From Octopus vulgaris (taxonomy: Eukaryota): a stretch of DNA of 64,000 nt. The stretch is from positions 15,004,001-15,068,000 of the forward strand of contig OX597838.1 of NCBI GenBank assembly GCA_951406725.2, given 5' to 3'. Position 1 is the stretch's first letter. Each line of letters begins with the position of its first letter. The notes under the pieces were generated by a model. That model ran no database searches. It worked only from the letters and a program-made list of their open reading frames with translations, and had not been told where the DNA came from. Positions 42,232 to 56,550 of the stretch are shown here, one piece after another. Both the position numbers and the translations under genes were made by a program.

Positions 42232-42929
42232 TTTTTTATAAAACCATTTCCAATCTTATTTTGTTTATCTTTTAATTAGCGTTTGTTATGCGTACCTTGA
42301 CTTATTCTTATTTTTTTATTTTTTTATCGCTTTTTATATCCTTTATACTTTTTAATGGCATTCGCAATGTAAAAGTTTTATCTTTATTTTTATTTTTTCA
42401 TTTTATAAATTCTTTATTGGAATTTTATACAAAATTTTTGTCTTTTATTTTTATTTTATTTTATTTATTCTTTTATCTTATACTATATATCTGTATACCT
42501 ACATATATACTGGTGTAATTTCTATGGATTGGGGAGAGGTTACAACTTCTCTTCATAAAACTCATGGTATACAATACAATAGAGTATTTATATTTATATT
42601 TATATTTGCTCTATGTTTTTTTATAAATTCTATAAAATTTTATGTGTGTGAATGACATTTTTATGTATATATATGTGACATTTTTATACCTTCTTATATC
42701 CTTTCATGCTTTTTTCATAATTTTTGGAAATTTTAATAAAAACATTTTTTGAAGGTTTTTAAAGTAAGTTTACCCGATATAGAAATATTTATCTTATTTT
42801 TATTTTTTTAGCCTTTAATCTCGGATTTTGACTCAACATAAACTGTGTACTCCTACTCTAATGATATCGTAATTCAATTATAGGTTCATTGTTGAATAGT
42901 TTTAGCAATGACAACTTTGACAGATTCAT

Positions 42930-43330
42930 TGTATGTATGGAGTCAAAGTGAGAAAACCTACTCAGTCCCTCTCACTGGGCTCCACCATCTTCAACAGTGA
43001 ATTTTTCGCAGCAAAGCCAACATCATTCTCTTCAGTCTCGTCTAATCCCGTTCCTCACCAGAAAAAGGCAAAGTCCCAGTCATGTAGAGATTCTCATTCT
43101 GGGAGACAAGTCTTTTGTAATGTGATACCCACCTGAAATTTCATTTCTTCGCTATTAATTACAGCAGTCTTTCGTGTGTCACTGATTGTCAGGTACTTAT
43201 CTAACAGTCCAGAGGTTGTCTGTACATTCCAGCATCTTAATCTGTGCGTTCGCTTATTTAGCCTTATTGTTGTGCCTGGTGCAGCATTTGCCATCCGCAG
43301 TCCATGCTCCTTGTATCCGTAGGCTCCACG
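42930..43330 (-). pseudogene. Decayed RTE-like LINE apurinic endonuclease N-terminus
   Basis: RLRCWNVQT...DTRKTAVINSE...LQKTCL and downstream DVGFAAKNSLL match the APE motifs WNVRT, LQETRL and GVGF. Confidence 0.75.
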
Positions 43331-43639
43331 CATCCAGTGAAGCAAGCGACTTGTGACCTGGCCACACCCAATTGGCTAGAATCTGCAGGCAGTAGATGTC
43401 CATGATTCAAGATGGGCCCTAAACCCTCCGAAAGCTGCCCTCGGTACCTAATCCAACACCAATTTGAACCAGTAGAAAACTGCTTTTTTGTTTTGTGCCT
43501 TCATGATGAAGTGATGCTAGGGTGTCTTTCCCCGGACAATGCTAATGATCTATAAAAGCTGGCGGAACACAAACCTGATGAGGAACAGTTTGCAAATTAC
43601 TCAAGGGCAATTTACTCGTTACCAGATTTCATTATCCAG

Positions 43640-43805
43640 TGCAAAAAGTCGGTTGCTTAACTGACCAACCAATTGACTAATGATACACATGTAAAACTGA
43701 ACCAGTGCGTGTGCTTATTATTTGCGTAATGACCCTCCCTAGAGGCAACAAAATCTGATTCGATACACAAGTTCACATCAAGAATCTTACAAACTAAATA
43801 AAAAC
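43640..43805. mobile_element. Fragment of the Penelope-like terminal repeat seen at 55560-55690 and 57711-58020
   Basis: acacaagttcacatcaagaatcttacaaa and aatgacc match those copies. Confidence 0.55.
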
Positions 43806-44495
43806 GATAAACATACATACATACATAATACATACATACATACATACATACATACATACATACATACATACATACATACATACATACATACATAATACAT
43901 ACATACATAATACATACATACATACATACATACATACATAATACATACATACATAATACATACATACATACATACATACATACATACATACATACATACA
44001 ATGTCCAGACAAAAAGAGAACATTAAGGCGAATTAACGCGGAACTTAAAACTCTTGTATCCTGGCTATGAATTTTTATTTGTACCTATCATCATAAATGC
44101 ATTAGATTATGTACTAAGAAATTTGCACAAAATATCTAGAAATACTTTGTTTCACGGAAAAAGAGAAGAATAAACTGATGCGGATTCTTCAAATCCAAAC
44201 TATTAGTGGTGCAGTAAAGATTTGTAAGACATACCAAAAATTCTTCACCTCAGATTCTTATGTGAATAGATGCACACACTTGGGTGTTTGCATCGAGAGT
44301 TCAACAAATACACCAACTCAAAGACACATTTACAAACACCAGGAACTCTCTTAACTCAAAACGTCTTATCGCTTTGTTAGCGACCGGCTAGAACTCTTCC
44401 AAGGAGAGCTTAAGTTAAACTCAAAGAAAGATCATACATACATATGCATATATATACATACATATATAAACATACATACATACATACATACATAT

Positions 44496-44565
<70 letters not shown>

Positions 44566-44751
44566 ATTCCAAACTAACAGAAAAATTCAATATAGACACC
44601 TTTTATCAATATCATATATATGAAAAAAACACCTTAAATTATACCATTTAGAAAAATTACATCTTATAGAAATATTAAATATACGATAAAACATATACCA
44701 ATGATTAAGTAATGTACAAAATAATAAATAAAACGTATATATTTGATAGAA

Positions 44752-44835
44752 TAACTACACATGTTTCGTGACTATATATTAAGAAATGATAATAGTAAAA
44801 TCACTTCAATATAAATATAGTCACTCTTCAGGTTA
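44752..44835 (-). ncRNA. Type I hammerhead ribozyme motif (Penelope-type)
   Basis: Minus strand: UAAC-CUGAAGA-GUGACUAUAU...AUAUAGUCAC-GAAAC-AUGU-GUA^-GUUA. Full core, 10-bp perfect stem II base, 4-bp stem I. Confidence 0.8.
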
Positions 44836-45482
44836 AAGATAAAAAGAAAAAATAATTAATTAGATAAATTGATAAATATACGTATATAATCATGTAAAAT
44901 ACGAAATATCTTAACAAATATATTCTTGTGTAAATAAAAATAGATCGAAAGGTATAAATATTTATCATATCTATAAAAATAAAATTTTAGCATATATATG
45001 AAAAAAATAATAATCTCTAATATATCATTATTATTAGGAAATAAAATACAATTAATTAAAATATTCAAAACATATATATATATAATACAAAATATACATT
45101 AAGTGAAAACTAAATACTATAATTTAATCTATATATATAAAATTGAAATAAAATCTTATACTCCTTAAGTAATTTATATTAAAAAACTTAATGTTAAGTA
45201 ATATACATAATGCTAGTACAAGCTATAAATATTAGAATTAAAAATAGGAAATGGTTCAAATATATACACACCTATTATATAAACTAACTATATTATTAAT
45301 ATATATATATTAATATGTTATATATATTATTATATTATTAATATATATATTTTACTCAATTATATAGTTGACCAAAATATCAATTAATATTAAACTTATT
45401 TACTTAAATGTAATACTACGTAATAAATAGACCAGTTGAGTATTGGGGTAGATGTAGTCGACTTGCGCTTATAGCAGAAAGG

Positions 45483-45800
45483 GAGGGCGCGTGGCTTAGT
45501 GGTTAGGGCATTCGGCTCATGATCGTAAGGTTGTGAGTTCGATTCCCGGCGACGCGTTGTGTCCTTGAGCAAGACACTTTATTTCACGTTGCTCCAGTCC
45601 ACTCAGCTGGCAAAAATGAGTTGTACTTGTATTTCAAAGGGTCAGCCTTGTCACTCTCTGTGTCACGCTGATTATCCACGAGAACTACGTTAAGGGTACA
45701 CGTGTCTGTGGAATGCTCAGCCATTTGCACGTTAATTTCACGAGCAAGCTGTTCCGTTGATCATATCAGCTGGGACCCTCGTCGTCGTAACCGGCGGAGT
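45483..45800 (+). mobile_element. SINE-B tail type 1 with TSD
   Basis: tatagcagaaagg repeated at ~45470 and ~45800. Confidence 0.92.
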
Positions 45801-45825
45801 ATAGCAGAAAGGATTATTGTCATTA

Positions 45826-47500
45826 TTAAGGCAGCGTGCTCGCAAAATCCAAAACGAATCGCAGAATTTACTTTGGAGCAATTACTGCTGACTCTTTACG
45901 TTCTGAGTTCAAATGCCACCGAGGTCATTTTTACCCTTCATCCTTTCAGAGTCGATGAAATAAAGTCCCCTGGGGTTGATGTAATAGACTAGCACCCGCC
46001 CACTAAAATAGCTGGTCTTGTGCCAAAACTTGAAATAGGAATTTTTACTGCTCTGGATTAAAGCGGCGAGCTGGCAGAACCGTTAGCACGCCGGGCAAAA
46101 TACCCAGCAGCGTTTCATCCGTTTTTACGTTCTGAGTTCAAATACCGCCGAGATCATTTTTACCCTTCATCCTTTCAGAGTCGATGAAATAATGCCCCCT
46201 GGGGTTGATGTAATAGACAAGCACCCGCCCACTGAAATAGCTGGTCTTGTGCCAAAATTTGAAATAGGAATTTTTACTATTCTGGATTAAAGCGGCGAGC
46301 TGGCAGAACCGTTAGCATGCCGAGCAAAACGCCTAACAGCATTTCATCCGTCTTTACGTTCTGAGTTCAAATACCGCCGAGATTGACTTTGCCTTTCATT
46401 TTTTGGGGGTCGATAAAGTAAGCACCAATAAAGCACTGGGGTCGATGTAGTAAACTGTGCTTCTCCCTTATATTTCAGGCTTTGTGCCTATAATAGAAAG
46501 GATTATCATCATTCCCGTTAGAATCGTTAGAATGCAGGGAAAATTTCCTCGCGGCATTTGTATCCTGAGTTGAAATTCCGCCGACGTTGACTTTGCCTTT
46601 TATCTTTCGGGGTCGACAAAATAAATATCAAGTAAACTTTGGGGGTCGATGTAACCGACTTAACCCCCTCCTCTGAAATTGCTTCTGTCAAAAATTTGAA
46701 CCCATTATTATTAAAGCGGTGAGCTGGCAGAAACGTTATCACGCCGGGCGAAAAGCTTTGCCGTATTTCGTCTGCCGCCACGTTCTGAGTTCAAATTCCG
46801 CCGAGATCGAACTTTGCCTTTCATCCTTTCGGGGTCGATTAAATAAGTACCAGTTACGCACTGGGGTCGATATAATCGACTTAATCCGTTTGTCTGTCCT
46901 TGTTTGTCCTCTCTGTGTTTAGCTCCTTCCTTGTGGGTAGTAAAGAAATAGGTATTTCGTCTGCCGCTACGTTCTGAGTTCAAATTCCGCCGAGGTCGAA
47001 CTTTGCCTTTCATCCTTTCGGGGTCGATTAAATAAGTACCAGTTACGCACTGGGGTCGATATAATCAACTTAATCCGTTTGTCTGTCCTTGTTTGTCCTC
47101 TCTGTGTTTAGCTCCTTGTGGGTAGTAAAGAAATAGGTATTTCGTCTGCCGCTACGTTCTGAGTTCAAATTCCGCCGAGATCGACTTTGCCTTTCATCCT
47201 TTCGGGGTCGACTAAATAAGTACCATTTACGCACTGGGGTCGATATAATCGACTTAATCCGTTTGTTTGTCCTTGTTTGTCCTCTCTGTGTTTACCCCCT
47301 TGTGGGTGTGGGTAGTAAAGAAATAGATATTCCGTCCAGTTATACACCCCGAGTTCAAGTTCCACCGAGGTCGACTTTGCCTTTTATCGTTTCGGGGTTC
47401 GATAAAAATATTTACCAGTGACGTACTGGGGTCGGCGTAATCGACTTAATAATCGACTTAATCCCTCCTCCGAAACTGCTGGCTTTGTGCCGACAATTGA
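45826..47500 (+). mobile_element. Cluster of ~8 co-oriented SINE-D units, including a ~228-bp tandem duplication and a 4-unit nest (46713-47500)
   Basis: Junctions tail|gtatttcg at 46951/2 and 47136/7, and tail|atattccg at 47326/7. Confidence 0.9.
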
Positions 47501-48110
47501 AGCGATCGGTCAAAGAGAGTTACCTGTCGAATAATGAAGGGAAGAAGGCGGGATTTTGGTATGATCACCTCCATCACATCACGCCACCACGCAACCATCA
47601 CCATACACCACATTTACACCCCTATCTCATCCAGCACTCCTACCCACCCTACCACCACCACCACCACCACCACCACCACCAAGAAAGATGTCGGGTCTTG
47701 TGCCTGTGTTTTGGAAATCAATAATTATTTACACTTGCTGAAACCAGAAGCACACACAACTACAAAGACATACGCACACACACACACACACAGACACATA
47801 TACGCAAACGTGCAAAGATTCATACACACACACACAAACACACGCGCCACCACAGCCGTCACCACTTCCACGCCGCCATCGCCTCCGCCTCCGCCTCCGC
47901 CTCCGCCTCCGCCTCCGCCGCCGCCACACGTTTGTAAATTTCTGCGAATACACTTGAATATGCATTAAACTATAAATTGTTAATGAAGGTTCGCTCCAAG
48001 CCCTGTTCTAAGCGAAGATCCAGCAATTATAGCTGGGTGGCATTTGCAGTGGCTGATTTATTAATGCATGTGTGTGTTGTGTGTGTGTGTGTATTGTGTG
48101 TGTGTTATGT

Positions 48111-48150
<40 letters not shown>

Positions 48151-48161
48151 TGTGTGTGTGT

Positions 48162-48197
<36 letters not shown>

Positions 48198-48284
48198 ACG
48201 GCCACCATCACTTTTTGCAGCAGAACATTCGTCCATCAGTGAAACAAAGAAATAAGAGTGTATGTGTGTATATATATGTGTATG

Positions 48285-48320
<36 letters not shown>

Positions 48321-48503
48321 AAATGTATACACATATATTTATATATACATACAATATATGAATGTGCGTGTACACATCATATACATGTATGTATATATGC
48401 ATGCATGTATGTATCTGTCTGTAAGTTTAGTGTATATATATATATACATATATATATATATACATACATACATACACACATACACACACACACACATATA
48501 TAC

Positions 48504-48536
<33 letters not shown>

Positions 48537-48593
48537 TATATATGTATGTTTAGTAAATGTATATTAATATGTATATGTACATATTATTCTATA

Positions 48594-48637
<44 letters not shown>

Positions 48638-49039
48638 TATATTGCACACTCACGCACATGCACGCACAGACACACAAACACACGCACACGCACACGCACG
48701 CACACACGCAAGGTCATACATTATTCAATGATCCACTCAGTAAAAACGTCAGAAAAAGTTTCACAAATTGCACAACCCCATAATTTATGCATAAGAATAG
48801 GCACTGTTGTCATGACAACTTTGGCGGGGGTGCGAGGGAGGCGGTGAGATGGCGCAATTGACTGGATGGGTGATTGGTAGGGCGGATGGGTGGAGGGTGG
48901 AGTTGGTGGGTGGATGATTCGATTGATAGATGCATAAGGCACATATGTATATATATATATATACACATATACACATAGACATATATATATATACACATAT
49001 ATATATATATATATATATACATAGACATATATATATATG

Positions 49040-49087
<48 letters not shown>

Positions 49088-49299
49088 TATATATAATATA
49101 TATATACATACATACATATCATATAAATATGTATATATATATGTATATATATGTATATATATATATATATATACACATACATACATAGACATATATATAT
49201 ATGTATATATACATATATAGACATAGTATATATATATATGTATGTGTATATATATATATGTGTATATATATGTATATATATGCACATACACACACACAA

Positions 49300-49348
<49 letters not shown>

Positions 49349-49368
49349 GATATATGTATGTGAGTATG

Positions 49369-49416
<48 letters not shown>

Positions 49417-49757
49417 TATAACATGCACACTCACATACATACTCTCCATACATATATATCCATATATATATACACATTTATACATATGTCTATACATAAT
49501 CTTTCTTTTATTCTTTTATTTGTTTCTGTTATTAGACTGCGGCCATGCTGGGGCACCACCTTCAAGAATTTTTCGTCCAATGAATCGACCCTAGGACTTA
49601 CTCCTTGTTTTTTTTCTTTTTCTTGTTTTATTTTCTTCTTAAGGCTGATATTTATTCTATTGGCGTCTTTTGCCGCACCGCTATGTTACGGGGATGTAAT
49701 CACACCAATACCGGTTTTCAAGCGATGTGGTGGTAAGGGGGACAAACACATGCACAA

Positions 49758-49802
<45 letters not shown>

Positions 49803-50137
49803 CCCGGTGTATATAGATAGATAGATAGATCGACAGATAAATAGATAGATAGATAGACAGATAGATAGGTAGGTAGGTAGGTAGGTAGATAGATAGATGG
49901 ATGGATTGATGAGTGCATGGTTCAAATGATGTATAAGTAGTCGTATGGATGGATGGCTGGCTGAATTCATTGATGTTTGGATGAATGTATGGTTGCGTAG
50001 ATTATGTTGGGTAGATTATGTGGGTGTTTTCATGGATGGGTGGCTTTTCCATGCTTCAGTGAAGTGGTGGGGGTGATGGTGGTGGAGGCGGCGGCGGTGG
50101 CGGCATGGTAGCGGCGGTGGTGGTGGTGTTGTTGTTG

Positions 50138-50169
<32 letters not shown>

Positions 50170-50182
50170 GGTGGTGGTGGAG

Positions 50183-50214
<32 letters not shown>

Positions 50215-50824
50215 GGTGGTGGTGGTGGTGGTTGTGGTGGTGATGCTGGTGGCCGTTGTTGATAGTGGTGCTTGTGGTTGTGTTGATAGTGTTGGTGGTG
50301 GTGGTGGTGGTGGTGGTGGTGGTGGTGGTGGTGGTGGTGGTGGTGACGGCGGCGGCGGCGGTGGTGGTGGTGGTGGTGGTGGTGGTGGTGGTGGTGGCGG
50401 TGGCGGCGGCGGCGGCGGTTGAAAGTTTGACAGGTGGATGGAGAAATGGTTGGGTGGTTGTCTAAGAGACGGGTGGAATGGTACTTTAAAGTACCCGGTG
50501 TTGGCAAACTTGAATTCCAATTCAACAGTCAGTACTGTGTTGCTAAAATGTAAATAGAAAAAAAAACCGGGAATATATAATGAGAGGACGGGAGAAGCGA
50601 AGAAAGAGGGAAGATTAAGAGATAAGGATTAATAAAGACAAGAGCTTTTGGAAGAGAAATGGTGTGGAGAGAAAGATGGAACGTGCAGGGAACAGAGTGA
50701 TAGGTCTGTGAGTAGTTTATGGAGAACGAAGATAGGTAATAGAGAGGCAAATATAGAAAGTTAGAAAGAAAGAGAGAGAGAGAGAGTGAGAGCGGAACGA
50801 GTACAGATATTATATATATATATA

Positions 50825-51256
50825 TCTCTCTATATATAAACGGCAGTTTGTCTGTCTGTGTGTCTGTCATGTTGTACCCTCACCCCGACCACGGCTTTCA
50901 ACCGATTCTGATGAAACTTGACACACACATAGCCCAATGTCATAATTCAAAACTAACGCAGCGAAAATTTTGAAAAGTTCCCCCAGTTCTGAAAAAAATC
51001 GATAAATTCGACATGGGGTCGAGAATCTAAGCTTTTTATATGCAACACATTTTCTGTCTAGGGGACACAACTCGACCTTTTCATCGCCCAAAGTGACAGC
51101 TAGGAACATCGTATACACAGAAGTATTCGAGTGAAGAGAAGACATTGCAACCTACACATGCGCCTTCATTCCCTAGAGGGAAAGGACTAGATTGAGATTA
51201 GTCGTTGCCTACTAGGGGCTCTTACATACCCGGGCAACGCTGGGCTATGCTGCTAG
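50825..51256 (+). mobile_element. Non-autonomous Helitron
   Basis: A|TC start tctctctatatataaa, (GTCT) repeat, 3' hairpin cccgg-gcaacg-ctggg, CTAG|T end; same architecture as 41199-42231. Confidence 0.85.
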
Positions 51257-51333
51257 TATATACATAAAACATGTATATATGTTTGCGTATAGGACACATA
51301 TACATACACATATACAGACACACACACACACAC

Positions 51334-51403
<70 letters not shown>

Positions 51404-51595
51404 AGAGAGAGAGGGAGAAAGAGAGGGAGAGAGATAGTATATATATAGATAGATAGATACATACATACATACATACATACATACATACATACATAAATAC
51501 ATAAACAAGCAAATATATAGATTGACAGATATATAGATAGACAGACAGGCAGAAGATAGACTGACAGACAGACAGACAGACAGACAGTGAAAGTA

Positions 51596-51702
<107 letters not shown>

Positions 51703-51841
51703 GCACAAGTAATTTACATATGTCAGTGGAGAAAACCATTCAATATGTTGGTACGTTAGAGAGGTCCGATGATTGATATTCAGTTCGCGTCTGCATATTA
51801 TGAAACTCAGAATAAACTGATATATTAGCAGGTTGTTATAA

Positions 51842-51872
<31 letters not shown>

Positions 51873-52036
51873 CACACACACACTACATGTATATATATAA
51901 TCTTACGTATTCGCTATGAATACTTAAGGACCTAGTTTCGTGTCAAAATTTTGGCAGGTAACTTTAAGTCCGTCATTAACTCCTATGTTCTTTTAGCTAC
52001 ACCATGCTTTACAAGACTGTTTGTAAAGCCAAATGT

Positions 52037-52072
<36 letters not shown>

Positions 52073-52422
52073 TGAGTATATGTGGTGTGCTTATATGCGC
52101 GTGTCTATGTGTGTGAGAGAGGGGAAAAGAGACAGACAGATTGACAGAGAAACAGAGAGACAGTGAGACAGAGACAGATGGACAGTGTATGTGTTTGTAC
52201 GTTATACTCAGACTGACACACAATTTCGTATACATGCAGGGAATAAAGCGAATATGGACACAAAGACGGACCCTATATGTTCTGATGTAATGTGTTTTTT
52301 TAATTTATTCTTTGATTGTGTGCCCCACGATTGTTCAAAGGTCTAATATCTACTTTGTCTCGAGTATGTTTCATAGCCATAATATAAAATATAGAGTGTC
52401 TCTGTATATATATATCATGTAT

Positions 52423-52472
<50 letters not shown>

Positions 52473-52539
52473 GTATGTATCCTGTATGTATATGCATATA
52501 TGCATTTATGTGTGTGTGTGTGTGTATATATATATGTAT

Positions 52540-52599
<60 letters not shown>

Positions 52600-53230
52600 A
52601 GTGTACAAAGTATATCCAGTATAGAGTCAATGTAGTATTCTTTTACTTATTTCAGTCATTTGACTGCGGCCATGCTGGAGCACCGCCTTTAGTCGAACAA
52701 ATCGAACCCAGGACTTATTCTTTGTAAGCCTAGTATTCATTCCATCGGTATCTTTTGCCGAACCGCTAAGTTACGGTGACGTAAACACACCAGCATCGGT
52801 TGTCAAGATGGCGGGGGTGGGGGTGAGGAAGAAACACAGACACAAACATATTCATATATATATACATATATACGACGGGCTTCTTTCAGTTTTCGTCTTC
52901 CAAATCCACTCACAAGGCTTTGGTCGGCCCGAGGCTATAGTAGAAGACACTTGCCCAAGGTGCCACGCAGTGGGATTGAACCCGGAGCTATGTGGCTGGT
53001 AAGCAAGCTACTTACCACACAGCCACTCCTGCGCCAATACACATTTTTAATATATGTATCGTATGTATCATTTAATAAGTCATCTAATAACAAGTACATA
53101 CTATTTTCTTATTCATTTACACTTGTATTAATTCCTGACCATGGCCTGCGGCCAAGCTGGAGTACCTTTACAATATGTATTTTGCACGTCAACACACATA
53201 CACACACAAACACATAAACACACACAGATG

Positions 53231-53261
<31 letters not shown>

Positions 53262-53696
53262 TGTATGTATGTATGTATGTATGTATGTATGTATGTATGT
53301 ATGTATATATGCATGTATGTATGTATGTATGTGTTTATGTATGTATGTATGTATGTATGTATGTGTATGTATGTATGTATGTATGTATGTATGTATGTAT
53401 GCATGTATGTATTATGTATGTATGTATGTATGTATGTATGTATGTATGTATGTATGTGTGTATGTATGTATGTATGTATGTATGTATGTATGTATGTATG
53501 TATGTATGTATGTGTCGTGTGTAGTATTAGGCGTTCAACCAATCAAAATATCTCAATCAATTATTCAAGACTGACTGTTCAATGACTTGCAGCTCATTAC
53601 TCACAACTGTACACAGAACTGTTTGATAGGTTAGGTCACCTTAGAGAGAGGGGAGGGAAAGGTGTGGGTGGAGAGAGAGAGATGGGGTGGAGAGAC

Positions 53697-53727
<31 letters not shown>

Positions 53728-53742
53728 GAGAGCGACTGACAC

Positions 53743-53823
<81 letters not shown>

Positions 53824-54222
53824 AAGGCAGGTGAATGAAAGATAGAGATATGGGCTATGAGAAGAGACTAACGGAAACAAAATGAGAGGGACAGAGAGAG
53901 AGAGAGAGAGAGAGTAAGAGAGAGAGGGAGGGACAGACAGAAAGAGATTTTTATGTGAAAGAGAATGTTTGCGTGTTTGGATATGTTCTCGGCTTGGCTC
54001 GGCTTGGCTCGGGTAGGCTCGGTTAGGCTCGGCTTTCAGTTCGAATCCTGCCTCGGCTAACTTTATCTTTTAGTCTTCTGATTGGATAAATTCAGAGCAT
54101 ACACCGAAGTCCTGGATTCCTTTAAATTAACTGTATAAAACACCCACAAATTTATAGTCTTGTGCCAGAGATAGAAATCATCACGTAAGCAAAGATCACA
54201 TACACGCACTCATATATGTATG

Positions 54223-54293
<71 letters not shown>

Positions 54294-54542
54294 GAAATTT
54301 TAATCATTTTATAGAAACTCTACGAAACTACGAAACTCTATAAAATGATTAAAATTCCCCACAAAGGAATTATTTTGATTTGAAAAGCCCACTAGAATGG
54401 GAGAAAGCGCTAATGATCTGAATGATATGATATATATGTAAAAAATGTAATATATAAATAAATATCTGTAAATATGAACCATCCGATCTTCTGAGTACCT
54501 CATTTCTTCTAATATATAATACCTGTACATCATCTCCAAACC

Positions 54543-54619
<77 letters not shown>

Positions 54620-55016
54620 TAAACTGTTATTGAGAAAAAAATCTAAAAATAAAATATAAAAGTAAAAACCTTTATTTTGTTTCAAAAATTTCGACCAAAA
54701 AGACAAATTATGTAAAAATTTCAATGACAGACCCGAGAAACGGGAAGGAAATACCAGTGAAACAGTAATGGATGAATTGCATGATGCTTGTCAGAATGCA
54801 ATACAGTAAATATGAGGCAAAATTGGAACTGATCACGTTCATATCGTCAAGAAACACGTCGAGCACAGTAACAAGTCTCCACATATAGGACATGTCCGAG
54901 ATGTGCTTCACGCCACCGTCAGATGTGGCGAGCTTGATGATGCTTTTGACGTAGTTACGGAGATCTTTACAATAGCTTTTGACGTCTTCCTTGCCCATTG
55001 CGTTGTTACCCTTGCT

Positions 55017-55400
55017 GTGGAGGCGCAATGGCCCAGTGGTTAGGGCAGCGGACTCGCGGTCGTAGGATCGCGGTTTCGATTCCCAGACCGGGCGTTGTGA
55101 GTGTTTATTGAGCGAAAACACCTAAAAGCTCCACGAGGCTCCGGCAGGGGATGGTGGTGATCCCTGCTGTACTCTTTCACCACAACTTTCTCTCACTCTT
55201 ACTTCCTGTTTCTGTTGTACCTGTATTTCAAAGGGCCGGCCTTGTCACTCTCTGTGTCACGCTGAATATCCCCGAGAACTACGTTAAGGGTACGCGTGTC
55301 TGTGGAGTGCTCAGCCACTTACACGTTAATTTCACGAGCAGGCTGTTCCGTTGATCGGATCAACCGGAACCCTCATCATCGTAACCGACGGAGTGTTTCC
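55017..55400 (+). mobile_element. SINE-A full length with TSD
   Basis: acccttgct repeated at ~55008 and ~55404. Confidence 0.92.
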
Positions 55401-55559
55401 ACCACCCTTGCTACATCCAGATAGGATGATCAGAAGGACATTGACAGAAATGTAAGCAGAAATATAGCAGTGAAAATTACAAAAAAAGCAGTGAATACAA
55501 AAAAGAAATAATATCTTTGAAATAAGTTTAAGTTCTATTTTGCCATTGATATTCAAATG

Positions 55560-56550
55560 CAAATAATCGTTTTTAAATTTTATGCATTTATTTTGCAAGA
55601 TTCTTGATGTGAAATCATGTGTTGAAAAATATATTGTTATATCTCGGGTTGGTCATTTTGCCAGCAAACACACGCACCATTTATTTGATCTTCATTACTA
55701 TTAGTTATTGTTTATTTGTCAGACTTCTTACGTCACGCATTCTATCACCTCTTCAATGACTACTTGTTCTTCTTCTCCGTGTTTCCCCTTTTTACTAGCC
55801 TTATCCCCTTTACTCCATCTTGTCTTTCTGTGGTACGTATCTGTATCTGCGTTTGTGTCTATGTTTATGTCTATGTATTTGTCATGTGTATGTGTTGTCT
55901 TGTGGGCGTCTTAATGGGTTTATATATTGCACTACTTGTATCTGTGTCTCCCCTCCTTTTATTCTTTTTTCCGTTCCCTATTCTGTCCTTAGTCGTTAAA
56001 CTGTGGGGTGGTGGTGTTACTATTCCATTCGCGCTTTTTGTTGATGTTCGTTCTACTTTCTATTATGTCTATGTTCTCCGTAATTTGTCCAAGTGTTGTG
56101 CCATTTTTATGTGTGGATAGGATCTTAACTTTTATATTATCTGTCGAGCCCTCGCCCCCGTTCTGGTTTGGCATGCTAATATTGCACTGACGAGCTTTTT
56201 CCTCTTCGAGTTCTCGCCAATGTTCTTATTCTCTCTCCTATGCTACGAGCTGTTTCTTCATAATATGTAGTTGACATGTCACTGCACCGTCCCGCTGTAC
56301 ACCTTATTCTACAGACTGCATTCCTAATTTAGCAGTTTATCTGCAGGCTTACTTTACACACTATAAGTTCCTATCAATACAGGATTTTTTTCAAAATGGT
56401 ATGTTCTACTAATTATGGGAGCTTCTGGCCTTTCTACTGCTCTAATTCGAAGATTCAGTTTATCCTAATCGTTTCTAAAATGATACACTAATTCGCCTCC
56501 AGGGGCTGACGAACATGATGCCTTGGTATTTGGGGCTGTCATACCATGAA
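55560..56550 (-). pseudogene. Decayed Penelope-like element 3' end: GIY-YIG endonuclease remnant plus terminal repeat
   Basis: Manual translation: NC*IRNAVCRIRC...STTYYEETARSIGERI/EHWREL...VKILSTHKN...QITENIDI...INKKREWN, matching the GIY-YIG V(Y)xI, Y(I)GETxRxxxxRxxEH and ExxxI...N motifs. Confidence 0.8.

Noticed and set aside
55019-55093. tRNA-like sequences at SINE heads (also 45483, 60475)
   Set aside because: They continue into SINE bodies with TSDs and lack a proper acceptor stem, so they are not tRNA genes.
55151-55354. Recurrent 67-aa ORF MVVIPAVLFHHNF...
   Set aside because: Internal to young SINE-A copies; identity reflects recent amplification.
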